A program made the translations under genes and the position numbers. A stretch of 64,000 nt of DNA from Macrostomum lignano (lineage: Eukaryota): assembly GCA_002269645.1 (NCBI GenBank), contig NIVC01003798.1, positions 12,316 to 76,315 of the forward strand. The letters run 5' to 3'. The stretch's first letter is position 1. Every line of letters starts with the position of its first letter. Shown piece by piece: positions 23,797-36,581 of this stretch. The notes beneath the pieces were generated by a model that saw nothing but the letters and a program-made list of their open reading frames with translations, was not told where the DNA came from and did not search any database.

Positions 23797-23853
23797 CATG
23801 ACTGAACCTAAAATTTAGTCAATTAGAAACTTCAATCTCCAAAAAGCTGCACA

Positions 23854-24792
23854 ATGTCCTCTGCGTTCAACTTAAGCACTCTAGCCGCCATGCAGGAGCA
23901 AAGAGTTGAGCAAGTGTCCGTGCACTTCTGGCGCTGCCAGTTGACCCGCGAGCAGCCGCGCTTTGAATGGCGCCCGGATGGGAAACCGGAAAGTGAGCAC
24001 GCGGTTAAGAATGGCAACGGAGTTGAGCCAAAACCCGATGAGCACTCTAAAAACGGCAAAGATCAGAAGCAGCAGTCGGACCACGCTCACGAGGAAGATG
24101 CGGACGACGAGACCGAGGGAGTGACGCGTCATCTGCTGCACGTGACTGGCTGCGTTCTGGCGCCCAAGGCCGCCGGTATTCACCTGGTCACCGTGCGCAC
24201 GGGACCACCATCGTCGACCAAGAAGCAGCCAGCAGGGGCTGAAGAAGAGGCGGACGAGAAGCTGCTGACTGCGCTGAGCGGCACGCCGATTCTGTGCATC
24301 GACCCGGCCAGCCAGCGGACCCTGGCCCTGGGCCACGAGTTCGTGCTGGAGACCGGTGTACATGCGGCTGCCAGTGGCTTCGAAGAGGCTGCTGCCACGA
24401 GTCTGCCCGCGACGCCGTCGTCGTGCACGTTCGAACTAGCCGAAGGCGACGGGCCGGTGTGGCTAACCGGTACTCACCGGGTTCACCGGGTGGTGTCGCT
24501 GATTGGCGGTGGCGACGAAGATGATGAGGAGGAGGAGGACGAAGAAGCAGAAGAGGAGGGCGAGGACGGTATGGCGGAGGAGGAAGAGGAAGACATCGAC
24601 GAGGAAATGGAGGAGGATGTCGAGGAAGCAGAGGAAGAAGATGAGGAAGAGGAAGAAGAGAAGCCAAAGAAAAAGCCGGCTGCTTCAGCAAAATCAAAGG
24701 CGGCGACATCAAAAAAGCCGGCCGCCAAGCAGCAGAAGAAGCAGCCGACGGCGGCTCAACAGCGCCGCAAGCGGGTCAAGCCAGACTCCTAA
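23854..24792 (+). CDS. Nucleoplasmin-like histone chaperone (NPL core, acidic tract, Lys-rich tail), intronless, 312 aa
   Basis: Core motifs FWRCQL, HLLHVTGCVL, PILCID, FELAEGDGPVWLTGTH; long D/E tract (24520-24660); basic tail KPKKK...QQRRKRVK. Confidence 0.78.
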   Translation: MSSAFNLSTLAAMQEQRVEQVSVHFWRCQLTREQPRFEWRPDGKPESEHAVKNGNGVEPKPDEHSKNGKDQKQQSDHAHEEDADDETEGVTRHLLHVTGCVLAPKAAGIHLVTVRTGPPSSTKKQPAGAEEEADEKLLTALSGTPILCIDPASQRTLALGHEFVLETGVHAAASGFEEAAATSLPATPSSCTFELAEGDGPVWLTGTHRVHRVVSLIGGGDEDDEEEEDEEAEEEGEDGMAEEEEEDIDEEMEEDVEEAEEEDEEEEEEKPKKKPAASAKSKAATSKKPAAKQQKKQPTAAQQRRKRVKPDS

Positions 24793-26053
24793 AGCTGCAC
24801 GCACACGAACCTCAACAAGTCAATCAACGCTAAACTAACATGTAAAAGTACGCGGTTTATTCATGACGTGTAACCGACTGAAAACTTTTTGCTTTAAATT
24901 AAAATTTTGTTTACCATTTAATTTTATACCTAAAATTATTTCTACTCCCTAAAAATATCGAATACATTTTTATTTCGAATTTCGAATTTTCTTCTAAATT
25001 AGCAAGGTCAAGGACCACGCGAGGATGCTTACTTTTATGCTGTTAAAAAGTGAATTAATTTAACTATTTTTATGCAACACTTCAAAATTTATGTTTCGAA
25101 AAATAAAAATACGTGTGCTGTACAATTTGCAAATTTGCACTTCGACGCAATTATTCGACAAAAATAGGTAATGAATTATAATTATGTTAAATTCTTGATT
25201 TTGCTTGCCTCATAAACACCCGGAGTCGAATATTAAATAGTTTATTGACAATTACATGCACCCAGCTTGAAGTAGCTTTGTCACTGACGTTGGAAAACGT
25301 ATTTATTGAATATTTCAATTATGATACGATTCGGAATTCTTTAGTTTATTTGTAGGTATCTATTTGTAGTTCTTATAGTTTATTAACAATTGTACTTTAC
25401 AAGTAATTTATAAAATAGTAAGGAATGAATAAGGCTATCTTAAATACGTAATTTTTAGCTACAGCCACGTTTTTACTACTGCATTAAGCTACTATAATCT
25501 CTTAAACTAAACGCCTAACTATTAAATGGAATACATGCATTAGTTACAAGGAGAGCCTTCGTCGAGAGCATATCATACAGAAGAAAAAAGTCTTTTCTAT
25601 TTTAAACAAAAGTATCTAATTTTACTGAAAAAAAATAAATTCACCCATCTTTCTTTTGACTATCTATAAGTAAGAATGTACATCTTACAAATGTATAATG
25701 TCCTTCCTTGAAATTCTACGTTAAAATTTACGTTGAAATCCTTGAAATTAATTAAGTCGTTGTATATTTTGAATAAAAAATTAACATAACAAATAAAATA
25801 TTTATTGTAAATTTAATGTACTATAATGCACATGTGCAATTTTAAAATATTTATTTCTGTGCAAACGTTCTATGCTATATATATTTGTTAAAAGAATGAA
25901 TTATCGTGCTGAGTTAATTTAACTTATAAATTTTCCGAGAAATACAGATTTTCTATCCGATATTATCTATAGCTACGTTTTAAACAATACAATTATTGAT
26001 AAGCTAAAATAAAGCAAAATACTTGTAGTAATACCTGGTATTTAAACCAATAA

Positions 26054-27850
26054 ATGGGATCCTCTGAGCAGCCAATTCTAACCGGCAATCTTGAAGTTCA
26101 CGCAGGGCCTGGTTCGTGGATACAAGCCACGGTGAGCCTTTACAAGGAGGCTCTCGTTGTGAAACCACATAACTACTCGCTTAAAAATGAGTCCTTAGCT
26201 AACTCTGAAGGGCACCGGGTAACCACTATGTTGGACAATTTTTTGTTAAGTCACGAAGTTCAGAACGATTTTACAGCTCGTAGCATTGACTACTTTGCTG
26301 AGGAATCTTCGAGCGAAATCAAGACTAAAAATGGTGAGTTTCTTCTGTGTTTGAAATTGTGACTTTTTCAATAAGCGACGCGACGGTATAAACTCCAATT
26401 TTAGCTGAAACAAAGTATCAGAAACGGCTGGTTCTGATAGACCGCGAGGATGGTGTCGGCCTGGGCCTTAGCATTAAGGGCGGTCGCGAGACTAACATGC
26501 CAGTCGTTATTAGTCGGATCTTTCCTGGGATGGCCGCTGATAAGTACGCATAATCATAATCATCAATATAGGTAATATCTCTCTATTACCCCTCCACCAT
26601 CCAACTAATACACCATTCGTCCCCTCAGAACCGGTACCCTGCAGGTGGGCGACGCCATTCTATCCGTAAACGACGAGGACCTGCGCTCGACCACGCACGA
26701 CGAGGCCGTCCGATCATTGAAGCGAGCCTGCCGGAACAGCCGACGTCGCAACCGCGCCATCGAACTCGAGGTGAAGCTTCTCCAGACGCTGCACCCGCCG
26801 CCGCCAGCGCTGCCGCCGACGACAGCAAAGCAGGCCGACGATGTCCAAATTCTGCCGCTTCGCCTCGCCCAACTGAGCCGCTTCGCCGATGGACCAGACG
26901 ATTCGATGCGCTGCTTGGAGCTCCGTAGTCCAAGCGGTCGCCATCGATGCCACCTGCGCGCCCCCAGCGACGCTGGCGCCGACGCCTGGTTTCGTAGCGT
27001 TGAATCAGCGGTGGAAGCCCTGACCGACGACTGGGCGATCGCGGCGGCGGCGACAAGCGACAGGTCGGCGGGACCTCTCCGAGCCGGCTGGCTGAAGGAG
27101 CGGTTGGCAGCAGCCAGTCGCGTCAAAGGCCTGCCGGACTGGCGCTGGGTCTTCTGCCTGCTAGTCGAGGACCAGTTGCTCGTGTTCCCCGACGCCGCCG
27201 CGGCAGCTGACGCTGCGGCCGCAGTCAGTGTCGAAGGCCGTCTTGCTGACGCGGTTCTGCATCGGATTGACCTACTGTTCACCCGCCTGCTGCTCACGAT
27301 TGCCGACGACGAAGACGGAGCAGCGCCGCGGCCGTTGCAGTTTTCCACCAGGACTGGCACCCCGCTCGGCGTCCGGACATTGAGCTTCACGGCCGAATCG
27401 GCCGCGAGTCTGGCCGGCTGGACGGCCGCCCTGTCCGAGGCCATCGCCGATGCCGCCTGCGGACAGGCGCTGACTCTGCCCTGCCGATTCGAGGGCAGCC
27501 GCTGCCGGCTGTTGTTGGACGCGGAGCTCGGCGGTTTGCGGATGTCGCTTCCAGGGGAGACCGACGACCAAGACGAAGGCGACGCCAGGCCTCTCTGGAC
27601 GATGCCGTTCGAAGCTTTGAAATCGAGCTCGGACGACGGCGAACGGTTGCTCCGATTGGAGTTCGGCTGCTGCCTGGAAGATTCGACATCGACTAGCGGC
27701 GGTGGCCGGTCAGCCGAGATCGACTTGGAGACGTGCCCGAAGCCACTGGTCTTCGCGCTGCACAACATGTTGGCAAATCGGGTGCTGGGGCGTCGGCGTA
27801 GAAGGCGACTTCGATGTCGGGGTTACAGCTTAGTCCCTGGCGGAAACTAG
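26054..27850 (+). CDS. Syntrophin (split PH1, PDZ, PH2, SU domain), alpha/beta-like; 3 exons
   Basis: Exons 26054-26333, 26405-26543, 26629-27850 with phase-consistent GT/AG junctions (71- and 85-bp introns). PDZ: [56 protein letters not shown]. SU motif: EIDLETCPKPLVFALHNML. Confidence 0.93.
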
Positions 27851-27989
27851 AGTCGGTGACGACTTGACTCGGAAGTTGACGAAAAACTTTTTCTTAGAAA
27901 ATGTGTTAAAAACAACGAGTTCTGTCTCCTATAATGACATCTTGTGGTGAACAGCTAAAGCATGTAGAAGGACACTTTGAAGGATATAT

Positions 27990-28175
27990 ATATGGCGTTA
28001 TCATCAGATGCTGTGTAGTGATTATGGCCCCATCATCAGATGCCGTGTAGAGATTATGACGTCATCAACAGATGCTGTGCAAAGATTATGACGTCATCAT
28101 CAAATGCCGTGTAGAGATTATGACGTCATCAGATGCTGTGTAAAGAATAATGACGCCATCCTCAGATACTGTGTA
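27990..28175. repeat. Degenerate ~27-30-bp repeat (GATGCTGTGTAGAGATTATGACGTCATCATCA-like), ~6 copies
   Basis: Imperfect periodicity downstream of the syntrophin stop. Confidence 0.75.
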
Positions 28176-28789
28176 GAGATCAGAATTGATTTTACTGGCA
28201 AAGCAGATTGCCAAATAGTAATTATATAATAAATAAACTGATAACCTGCTGAGCTCAGAAACAGTAGATTGCATGTATACATGCGGGGATCCTACAATTA
28301 TATGCTTGCTAAATGCAGCTAGCATGTTCGCATTAATTTGCATCGCAAATTCAAACTCTTTCGCGTTGTTCCTCGCCGATAAAGTTGCTGAGCGGATGGA
28401 GGGCAATGCAGCTCAGTCGAGCAAGGAAGAGAGAAATTTGCTTGCCAGGCACATCGAGTTTCCTCCCGATGGTAGCAAAGTAATCATTTGCATAAACTGC
28501 TGCTGAGATGCGCGGCATTACCCATTTATGGCTGAGAATTAGTTGCTATGCCAGAAATGAATTGCAGTTCTACTATAGCTGCTTGATGCGAACTTCATAT
28601 CACTGATGCAAGGCGCAGCATATTATACAGATTTACGCGTAGAGTACATGGCAAATTTGACCGCTGCGTGTAGCAGCTTCGGTCTTGAATAAACTAAATT
28701 TGGATTAGGCTTTAATTTCCTTCGTGTTTATATGGGGGAACTTTATGATAATAACATGATATAAAATTGCAGCCAATCTCTTCGCCAGT

Positions 28790-28940
28790 CAGTCAGTCTG
28801 TCTGTCTTATATTCCCTGTCCGGCTGTCTTAGTGTCTGTCTGCCTGCCTGCTGTCTGTGTCTATCTATGACTGCCTGTCGATGACTGTCTGTCCGTCTGT
28901 CTTAGTTTCTGTCTATCTCTCTGCCTGTATGTCTGTCTGT
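28790..28940. repeat. Degenerate (TGTC)n microsatellite
   Basis: Simple repeat in the opposite orientation to the neighbouring GACA array. Confidence 0.75.
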
Positions 28941-29469
28941 CTGTCTGTATGTCTGTCTGTGCGTTAGAGGGCAAAAAAGTTCCGCATTGCAAGCGGAAGA
29001 CTTTAACTGCACTGGCAATCAAGCTGAATACACACAGGTCCGACCCATCCAGTCGTCCTTATCCTCTAACTTAAGATTCGCAAATAAGAAGATTAGCTCA
29101 AGCCGCAGGGCGCCCCTCCTCCAGCCTTGATTATCCAGTATCAACTAACCAACGTTGTTTAAGCAATCGGAAAAATTCACGGGCGCTAACCAATCTGCTG
29201 ACTCCGCATTTATTGATGCGCTATTGAGCACAGTGAGTAATTAACACGGCCGCTCCAATGAGATCCCAGACTGTCAGTAAGCTGAAGATAAACACAATTC
29301 ACTGTTTATATTGAATGAACAAAGGTTGCTTGTCGCAAAAGTTGCTCTATACAAAGCTTATATATATTTTATGTCGGATAATTTTGTGCTGAATAAAATA
29401 TTAAGAAACATGATAAGAAAGCATTTTAATATGAAAGTACATCTGTTTGTGCTTTTGATAGCTATAGTG

Positions 29470-29479
29470 GCAGACAGAA

Positions 29480-29534
<55 letters not shown>

Positions 29535-29558
29535 AAGGCACACACACAGACAGTCTGT

Positions 29559-29596
<38 letters not shown>

Positions 29597-29700
29597 AAGA
29601 CAGACAGACAGAAAGACACAGGCAGGCAGACAGACAGACAGACAGACACACAGACACACAGACAGACAGACAGACAAACACACACACACAGACAGTCTGT

Positions 29701-29766
<66 letters not shown>

Positions 29767-29866
29767 AAGACAGACACACAGACAGACAGACACACACAGA
29801 CAGACAGACAGACACACAGACAGACAGACAGACAGACACACACACACACACACACAGACAGTCTGT

Positions 29867-29908
<42 letters not shown>

Positions 29909-30055
29909 AAGACAGACAGACAGACAGACAGACAGAGACAGACAGACAGAAAGACAGACACACAGACAGACAGACAGACAGACAGACAGAAAGACAGACA
30001 CACAGACAGACAGACAGACAGAAAGACAGACACACAGACAGACAGACAGACAGAC

Positions 30056-30086
<31 letters not shown>

Positions 30087-30186
30087 CACACAGACAGACA
30101 GACAGACACACACACAGACAGTCTGTGACAGACAGACACACACACAGACAGTCTGTGACAGACAGACACACACACAGACAGTCTGT

Positions 30187-30230
<44 letters not shown>

Positions 30231-30314
30231 CACAGACAGACAGACAGACAGACAGAAAGACAGACACACAGACAGACAGTCTGTGACAGACAGACACACA
30301 CACAGACAGTCTGT

Positions 30315-30346
<32 letters not shown>

Positions 30347-30347
30347 C

Positions 30348-30382
<35 letters not shown>

Positions 30383-30387
30383 CACAC

Positions 30388-30418
<31 letters not shown>

Positions 30419-30463
30419 CACACACACACACAGACAGACAGACAGACAGACAGACACACACAC

Positions 30464-30524
<61 letters not shown>

Positions 30525-30539
30525 AAGACAGACAGACAC

Positions 30540-30580
<41 letters not shown>

Positions 30581-30581
30581 A

Positions 30582-30642
<61 letters not shown>

Positions 30643-30653
30643 CACACACACAC

Positions 30654-30684
<31 letters not shown>

Positions 30685-30689
30685 CACAC

Positions 30690-30728
<39 letters not shown>

Positions 30729-30739
30729 CACACACACAC

Positions 30740-30770
<31 letters not shown>

Positions 30771-30797
30771 CACACACACAGACAGACAGACAGACAC

Positions 30798-30844
<47 letters not shown>

Positions 30845-30885
30845 CACACACACAGACAGACAGACAGACAGACAGACACACACAC

Positions 30886-30920
<35 letters not shown>

Positions 30921-31016
30921 CACACACACAGACAGACAGACAGACAGACACACACACACACAGACAGACAGATAGACACACACACACATAGACAGACAGA
31001 CAGACAGACAGACAGA
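29470..31016. repeat. (GACA)n/(CA)n compound microsatellite, ~1.5 kb
   Basis: Simple repeat with recurring CAGTCTGTG interruptions. Confidence 0.97.
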
Positions 31017-31594
31017 TGCAAATTCAAAGCTGATTCGATAGCAAAATACAACAAGCCAAAAGCTCTCAGGGCGCCATACAAACAGCAGAATTATAATTTA
31101 AAGAAGAAGCAAGCAATGCAAAAAGCAGCAATAGACACGAAGCACTGTATTTATATCACACCAGCCGCTGCAATTGTCTGATTAAAGTGGCGGCTACTGG
31201 CTGCAGCAGAACGCAGCTACAGTAGATGCATAATGAACACACAAGTTGAATAACTGCAACGCCAATCGAACGAAACAACAACAGAAAGGAATGTGTGTGC
31301 AGTGTGTGCTAAAATATTACTTCGAGTCCAATATAGAAAATTTGCTTTGTATAAAAACGGGAGCTTTCAATAGGCAAAAATTTTTTAAATAAAAAACTTT
31401 TTCCAGTTTAAATTACCAACAAGCATTGATTGTTAAAAGTCGGTAAGAAAAACATATAGTAAAATAAACTTTCGCATAACTATTAACACATTATCTTGTT
31501 GCTTTTGTTAGGAGTCACACCAGACTACTTAAAGTAAAACAGCAAAGATATCGTTCTTCGTTTTTTAATACCTCAGTAACAGTTTAATATACGA

Positions 31595-32650
31595 ATCTGA
31601 GATATTCCCACATTAGAACCTAAGATATTCCCACAGTAGAATCTGAGATATTCCCACATTAGAATCTGAGATATTCCCACATTAGAATCTGAGATATTCC
31701 CACATTAGAATCTGAGATATTCCCACATTAGAATCTGAGATATTCCCACATTAGAATCTGAGATATTCCCACATTAGAATCTGAGATATTCCCACATTAG
31801 AATCTGAGATATTCCCACATTAGAATCTGAGATATTCCCACATTAGAATCTGAGATATTCCCACATTAGAATCTGAGATATTCCCACATTAGAATCTGAG
31901 ATATTCTCACATTAGAATCTGAGATATTCCCACATTAGAATCTGAGATATTCCCACATTAGAATCTGAGATATTCCCACATTAGAATCTGAGATATTCCC
32001 ACATTAGAATCTGAGATATTCCCACATTAGAATCTGAGATATTCCCACATTAGAATCTGAGATATTCCCACATTAGAATCTGAGATATTCCCACATTAGA
32101 ATCTGAGATATTCCCACATTAGAATCTGAGATATTCCCACATTAGAATCTGAGATATTCCCACATTAGAATCTGAGATATTCCCACATTAGAATCTGAGA
32201 TATTCCCACATTAGAATCTGAGATATTCCCACATTAGAATCTGAGATATTCCCACATTAGAATCTGAGATATTCCCACATTAGAATCTGAGATATTCCCA
32301 CATTAGAATTCCCACATTAGAATCTGAGATATTCCCACATTAGAATCTGAGATATTCCCACATTAGAATCTGAGATATTCCCACATTAGAATCTGAGATA
32401 TTCCCACATTAGAATCTGAGATATTCCCACATTAGAATCTGAGATATTCCCACATTAGAATCTGAGATATTCCCACATTAGAATCTGAGATATTCCCACA
32501 TTAGAATCTGAGATATTCCCACATTAGAATCTGAGATGTTCTCACATTAGAATCTGAGATATTCCCACATTAGAATCTGAGATATTCCCACATTAGAATC
32601 CGAGATATTCCCACATTAGAATCTGAGATATTCTCACATTAGAATCTGAA
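31595..32650. repeat. 23-bp minisatellite (ATTCCCACATTAGAATCTGAGAT), ~45 near-identical copies
   Basis: Direct periodicity; begins ~50 bp beyond the SCAPER stop. Confidence 0.97.
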
Positions 32651-32702
32651 TTTGAAAAAAACTCATCATAGGTCGAAGTTCTCGAAACCGACTGCAAACC
32701 TG

Positions 32703-35700
32703 CTAACCATTAGCGAGTACTGGCACACCGGCAGTAATCTCGGCAGCAGTTCCAGCACTGCCACTATCACTACTGGCAGTAGCACCGGCAGCAGCTGGAG
32801 CGCACAAAAAGTCTGAGTAGAATTGGCGAATTTCCCCAATTTGAGACTGAGGCACCGTCAGCTGCAGCACCCTGGCTGACTCGTCGACAGTCATCTGCTG
32901 GCCATCGTCAGCACCAGAGGCCGTCGCGATCGAGTCTAGAAAGGCTACAATCATTCTAGGCGACAGGTCCTCAGCCAGGATATTTAAATGCGGCAGATTG
33001 TGCAGCGTGCAGGCGATCACGGCAGGGAACAGAAGGCGCCGCAGGCTGGGCTCGGAGAAGTAGCGAAACGGCAGCCGGGCCAGCAGCTGCAGCACGGTCG
33101 GCGACGGCCCCGATTGGGCGCAGGCCTGACCGTCGGGACCACCGAGGCTGGCTACGGTGGCCAGGCAGTCTAGCAGAGGGTGCAGCAGCGACTCCGGCTG
33201 CGGACAGGCCTCCGGAGAGCGCAGCACGCTGGCGGCGATGTGACGGAGCTCCAAGCAGAGGACGTCGTCGGATAGGCAGCAGTTAGCGACCAGGTGGCGA
33301 CCGCCGGCCAGCAGCAGTGAACGGAGCAGCCGAATGGCCGGGCCAACCAGACCCCAGTCGGGACTCGAACCCACCGGCGGCTGCAGCAGCAGCGAGTACA
33401 GCAGCGGGATCAGCGCCTGCGGGGCGAACGGACAACAATTTGCTTGATCCTGACCTTCAGTGTTACTTAGTGCTCACCCTTGACCTTTATTGTTACTTAG
33501 TGGGCATCCTTGATTTTTACTGTTACTTAGCGAAAGTCCTGACCTTTATTGTTACTTAGTGAAAACCCATGATCTTCATTGTGACTTAGCGAGCACCCTT
33601 GACCTTCATTGTTACTTGGTGAACACCCCTGACCTTCATTGTTACTTGATGAACACCCCTGACCTTCATTGTTACTTAGTAAGCACCCTTGACCTTTACT
33701 GTTACTTAGCGAACATCCTGATTTTCATTGTTACTTAGTGAGCACCCCTGACATTTATTGTTACTTAGTGGACAAGCCTGACCTTCACTGTTACTTAATG
33801 AACACCCCTCACTTTTATTGTTACTTTGCAAGCCCCCTCAACTTCATTGTTACTTAGTGGACACCCCCTTCTGTATATTTAGTGGATGACCCTGACGTTT
33901 TCTGTTCCATAAGCCATCTAATCAACACCCAGCCGTCACACACAGTGAACCACCGGCAATACCTGAGTCAGTTGAGTCAGCAGCTCAGTATCGTGCAGCC
34001 CAGCCTCCAGCAGAGCCCGCATCATGCCGAGCGCGCCGGACAGTTGCTGGGGCGACTGCGGCTTCGCGCCGCTGGCAGCTTGCAGGAGGCCCGCCAGAGA
34101 GTCCATGGCGCCGGAGCACAACAGGTAGGCTAGCAGATCCTGCGGTCCCAGTCCAGAGACGGTCGGCTTCTCAGTTAGATTAGCCCTGGGCAGCTGGTGA
34201 AACAGCTGGGTAAGCACTGGCACCAAATTGTCTGGCAGTTTGCCGAGCAGATCCAGCAGTGCCGGAGCCCTACCGGACATTAGCAGGTACTTGGCGCACT
34301 GGGGGCTCCTGCAGAAGTTAGGAGTTTACTGCGGTGTCAATCACTTTGTTGCCCGGCTACTGGGATCTTGTCCAAATCATATTTAGATTAATCTCGCGTA
34401 TATTAATCCCGTTGATTAAGGTTAAACTCAAACTTAATCAAGCAGACTCATCCTAACCGTAATCCTGATCATGCCAACGATAATCTCAATCATCCCAACC
34501 CTAATCCCACTTATCCCAACCCTAATCTCACTCATCCCAACCCTAATCCCACTCATCCCAACCCTAATCTCACTCATCCCAACCCTAATCTCACTCATCC
34601 CAACCCTAATCCCACTCATCTCAACCCTAATCCCACTCATCTCAACCCTAATCTCACTCATCTCAACCCTAATCCCACTCATCTCAACCCTAATCTCACT
34701 CATCTCAACCCTAATCTCACTCATCTCAACCCTAATCTCACTCATCCCAACCCTAATCTCACTCATCCCAACCCTAATCTCACTCATCTCAACCCTAATC
34801 CCACTCATCCCAACCCTAATCCCACTCATCCCAACGATAATCTCACTCATCTCAACCCTAATCCCACTCATCCCAACCCTAATCCCACTCATCCCAACGA
34901 TAATCACACTCATCCCAACGATAATCCTACTTATCCCGACCGTAATCCTAATCATCCTAAGAATAATCCCAAAAAATCCCAACCGTAATCTTAATCATGC
35001 CAACGATAATCCCACTCATCCCAACGATAACCCCACCCATTACAACGATAATCCCACTCATCCCAACGATAATCCCATTCATCCCAATGATAATCCCACT
35101 CATCCAAACGATAATCCCACTAATCCCAACGATAATCCCACTCATCCCAACGATAATCCCACTCATCCCAACGATAATCCCACTCATCCCAACGATAATC
35201 CCAAGCATCCCAACAAAAATTCCAATCATTAGGATACCAACCTACTCAAACTCAATCGTAATTCTACTCATGCCAACTCTAGTCCGAGTCATCTCAAAGC
35301 CTTAATTCCCTAATCCCAACCAATTTACCTAGCCAGCTGGGCGCACAGCAGCTGCTGGCACAGTGCCAAACTTCTATCTGGCAATCGCTGCTCCAGCAGC
35401 TGAGCCAGCGTGCCCGAGCCTTCAATCTCCGACCAAGACAAGCTCGCTGATGTCGACGCCGTCTGCGTCTGCTGCTGCTGTTTCAACTGTTGCGAAGCCG
35501 ATCGCAAGCCTTCGTTCAAAGCTCGATCAAGAGCTGCAGCCCGACTCGGAACCCAGCTAGCCGAGTTTGAGTTCGAATTCGAACTGGCCCCGACAGTCGG
35601 TCCCGCCGACAAAGTCAGCAAGCGGCGAATCTCTCGAAGCCATTTTGGCTGCGAATTCGAGGATTTCTGCTGCTGCTGCAGTTGCTGCTGGAACTCGCGA

Positions 35701-36222
35701 GATTTAGCCGAAAATTTCTGCCTCAAGCGTCTCGCTTTTTTGCGCATCGATTTTGCTCGCTCGCGCGCCTCCATCAGAATCGAATCGACAACAGTCGACG
35801 AGTCGGCGCCGTCGCCGCTACCGCCGCCAGCGGCGCCGGCGCCAATTTTGACCGATTGATCAGTCAGGATTGGCGCCTCGATTATGTGCGCCAAATTGTA
35901 CGCGTCAGCGTCTTGGTCGGAGCCGCCCAGGCACAACAGGTGGGCTCGGGAGCGAAGGTGGGCCTTGAGTTCGACCTCCGACCGGATGAGGGTGCGACAG
36001 GCCGAGCAGAACTGGGCGCGCGGGTACGGGCGGGCTGGCGGCGCCGAGGGCGACTCGTCACGGGCTGACGAATGGCGCAGAATGCTCAGGTCGAAGGCGC
36101 GGCGAGAGATCTCTGAGGAGTTTCGAAGGTCATTGGATAGATAGATAGATAGATAGACAGATAGATATATAGATAGATAGAGAGATAGATAGATAGACAG
36201 ATAGATAGATAGATAGATAGGC

Positions 36223-36308
<86 letters not shown>

Positions 36309-36364
36309 GCAGATAGATAGATAGATAGGCAGATAGATAGATAATATACATAGATAAATAGATG

Positions 36365-36396
<32 letters not shown>

Positions 36397-36415
36397 CATA
36401 GATAGATAGATAGGC

Positions 36416-36449
<34 letters not shown>

Positions 36450-36510
36450 GCAGATAGATAGATAAATAGATAGATAGATAGATAGATAGGCAGATAGATA
36501 GATAGATAGG

Positions 36511-36581
<71 letters not shown>

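Noticed and set aside
3184-27850. Functional cluster of a plakin and a syntrophin (both cortical cytoskeleton)
   Set aside because: Adjacent genes include unrelated nucleoplasmin and SCAPER; no evidence of co-regulation or conserved synteny from this window
28086-28506. Short ORFs downstream of syntrophin
   Set aside because: No recognisable motif or splice context; partly overlap a degenerate repeat
29030-29280. GC-richer island checked for a tRNA or other Pol III RNA
   Set aside because: No cloverleaf or A/B box pair could be identified
29311-31081. ORFs of 500+ aa (CLSV/TDRQ) and similar ORFs over GACA, AGAT and AG tracts
   Set aside because: Translations of microsatellites; those within SCAPER lie between phase-consistent exons, so they are intronic
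31595-32650. Regular 23-47-bp arrays as possible CRISPR arrays
   Set aside because: No unique spacers, no cas genes, eukaryotic spliced context
34440-35320. Interstitial telomere
   Set aside because: CCCTAA occurs once per 21-bp unit, not as tandem hexamers; kept only as a telomere-like minisatellite
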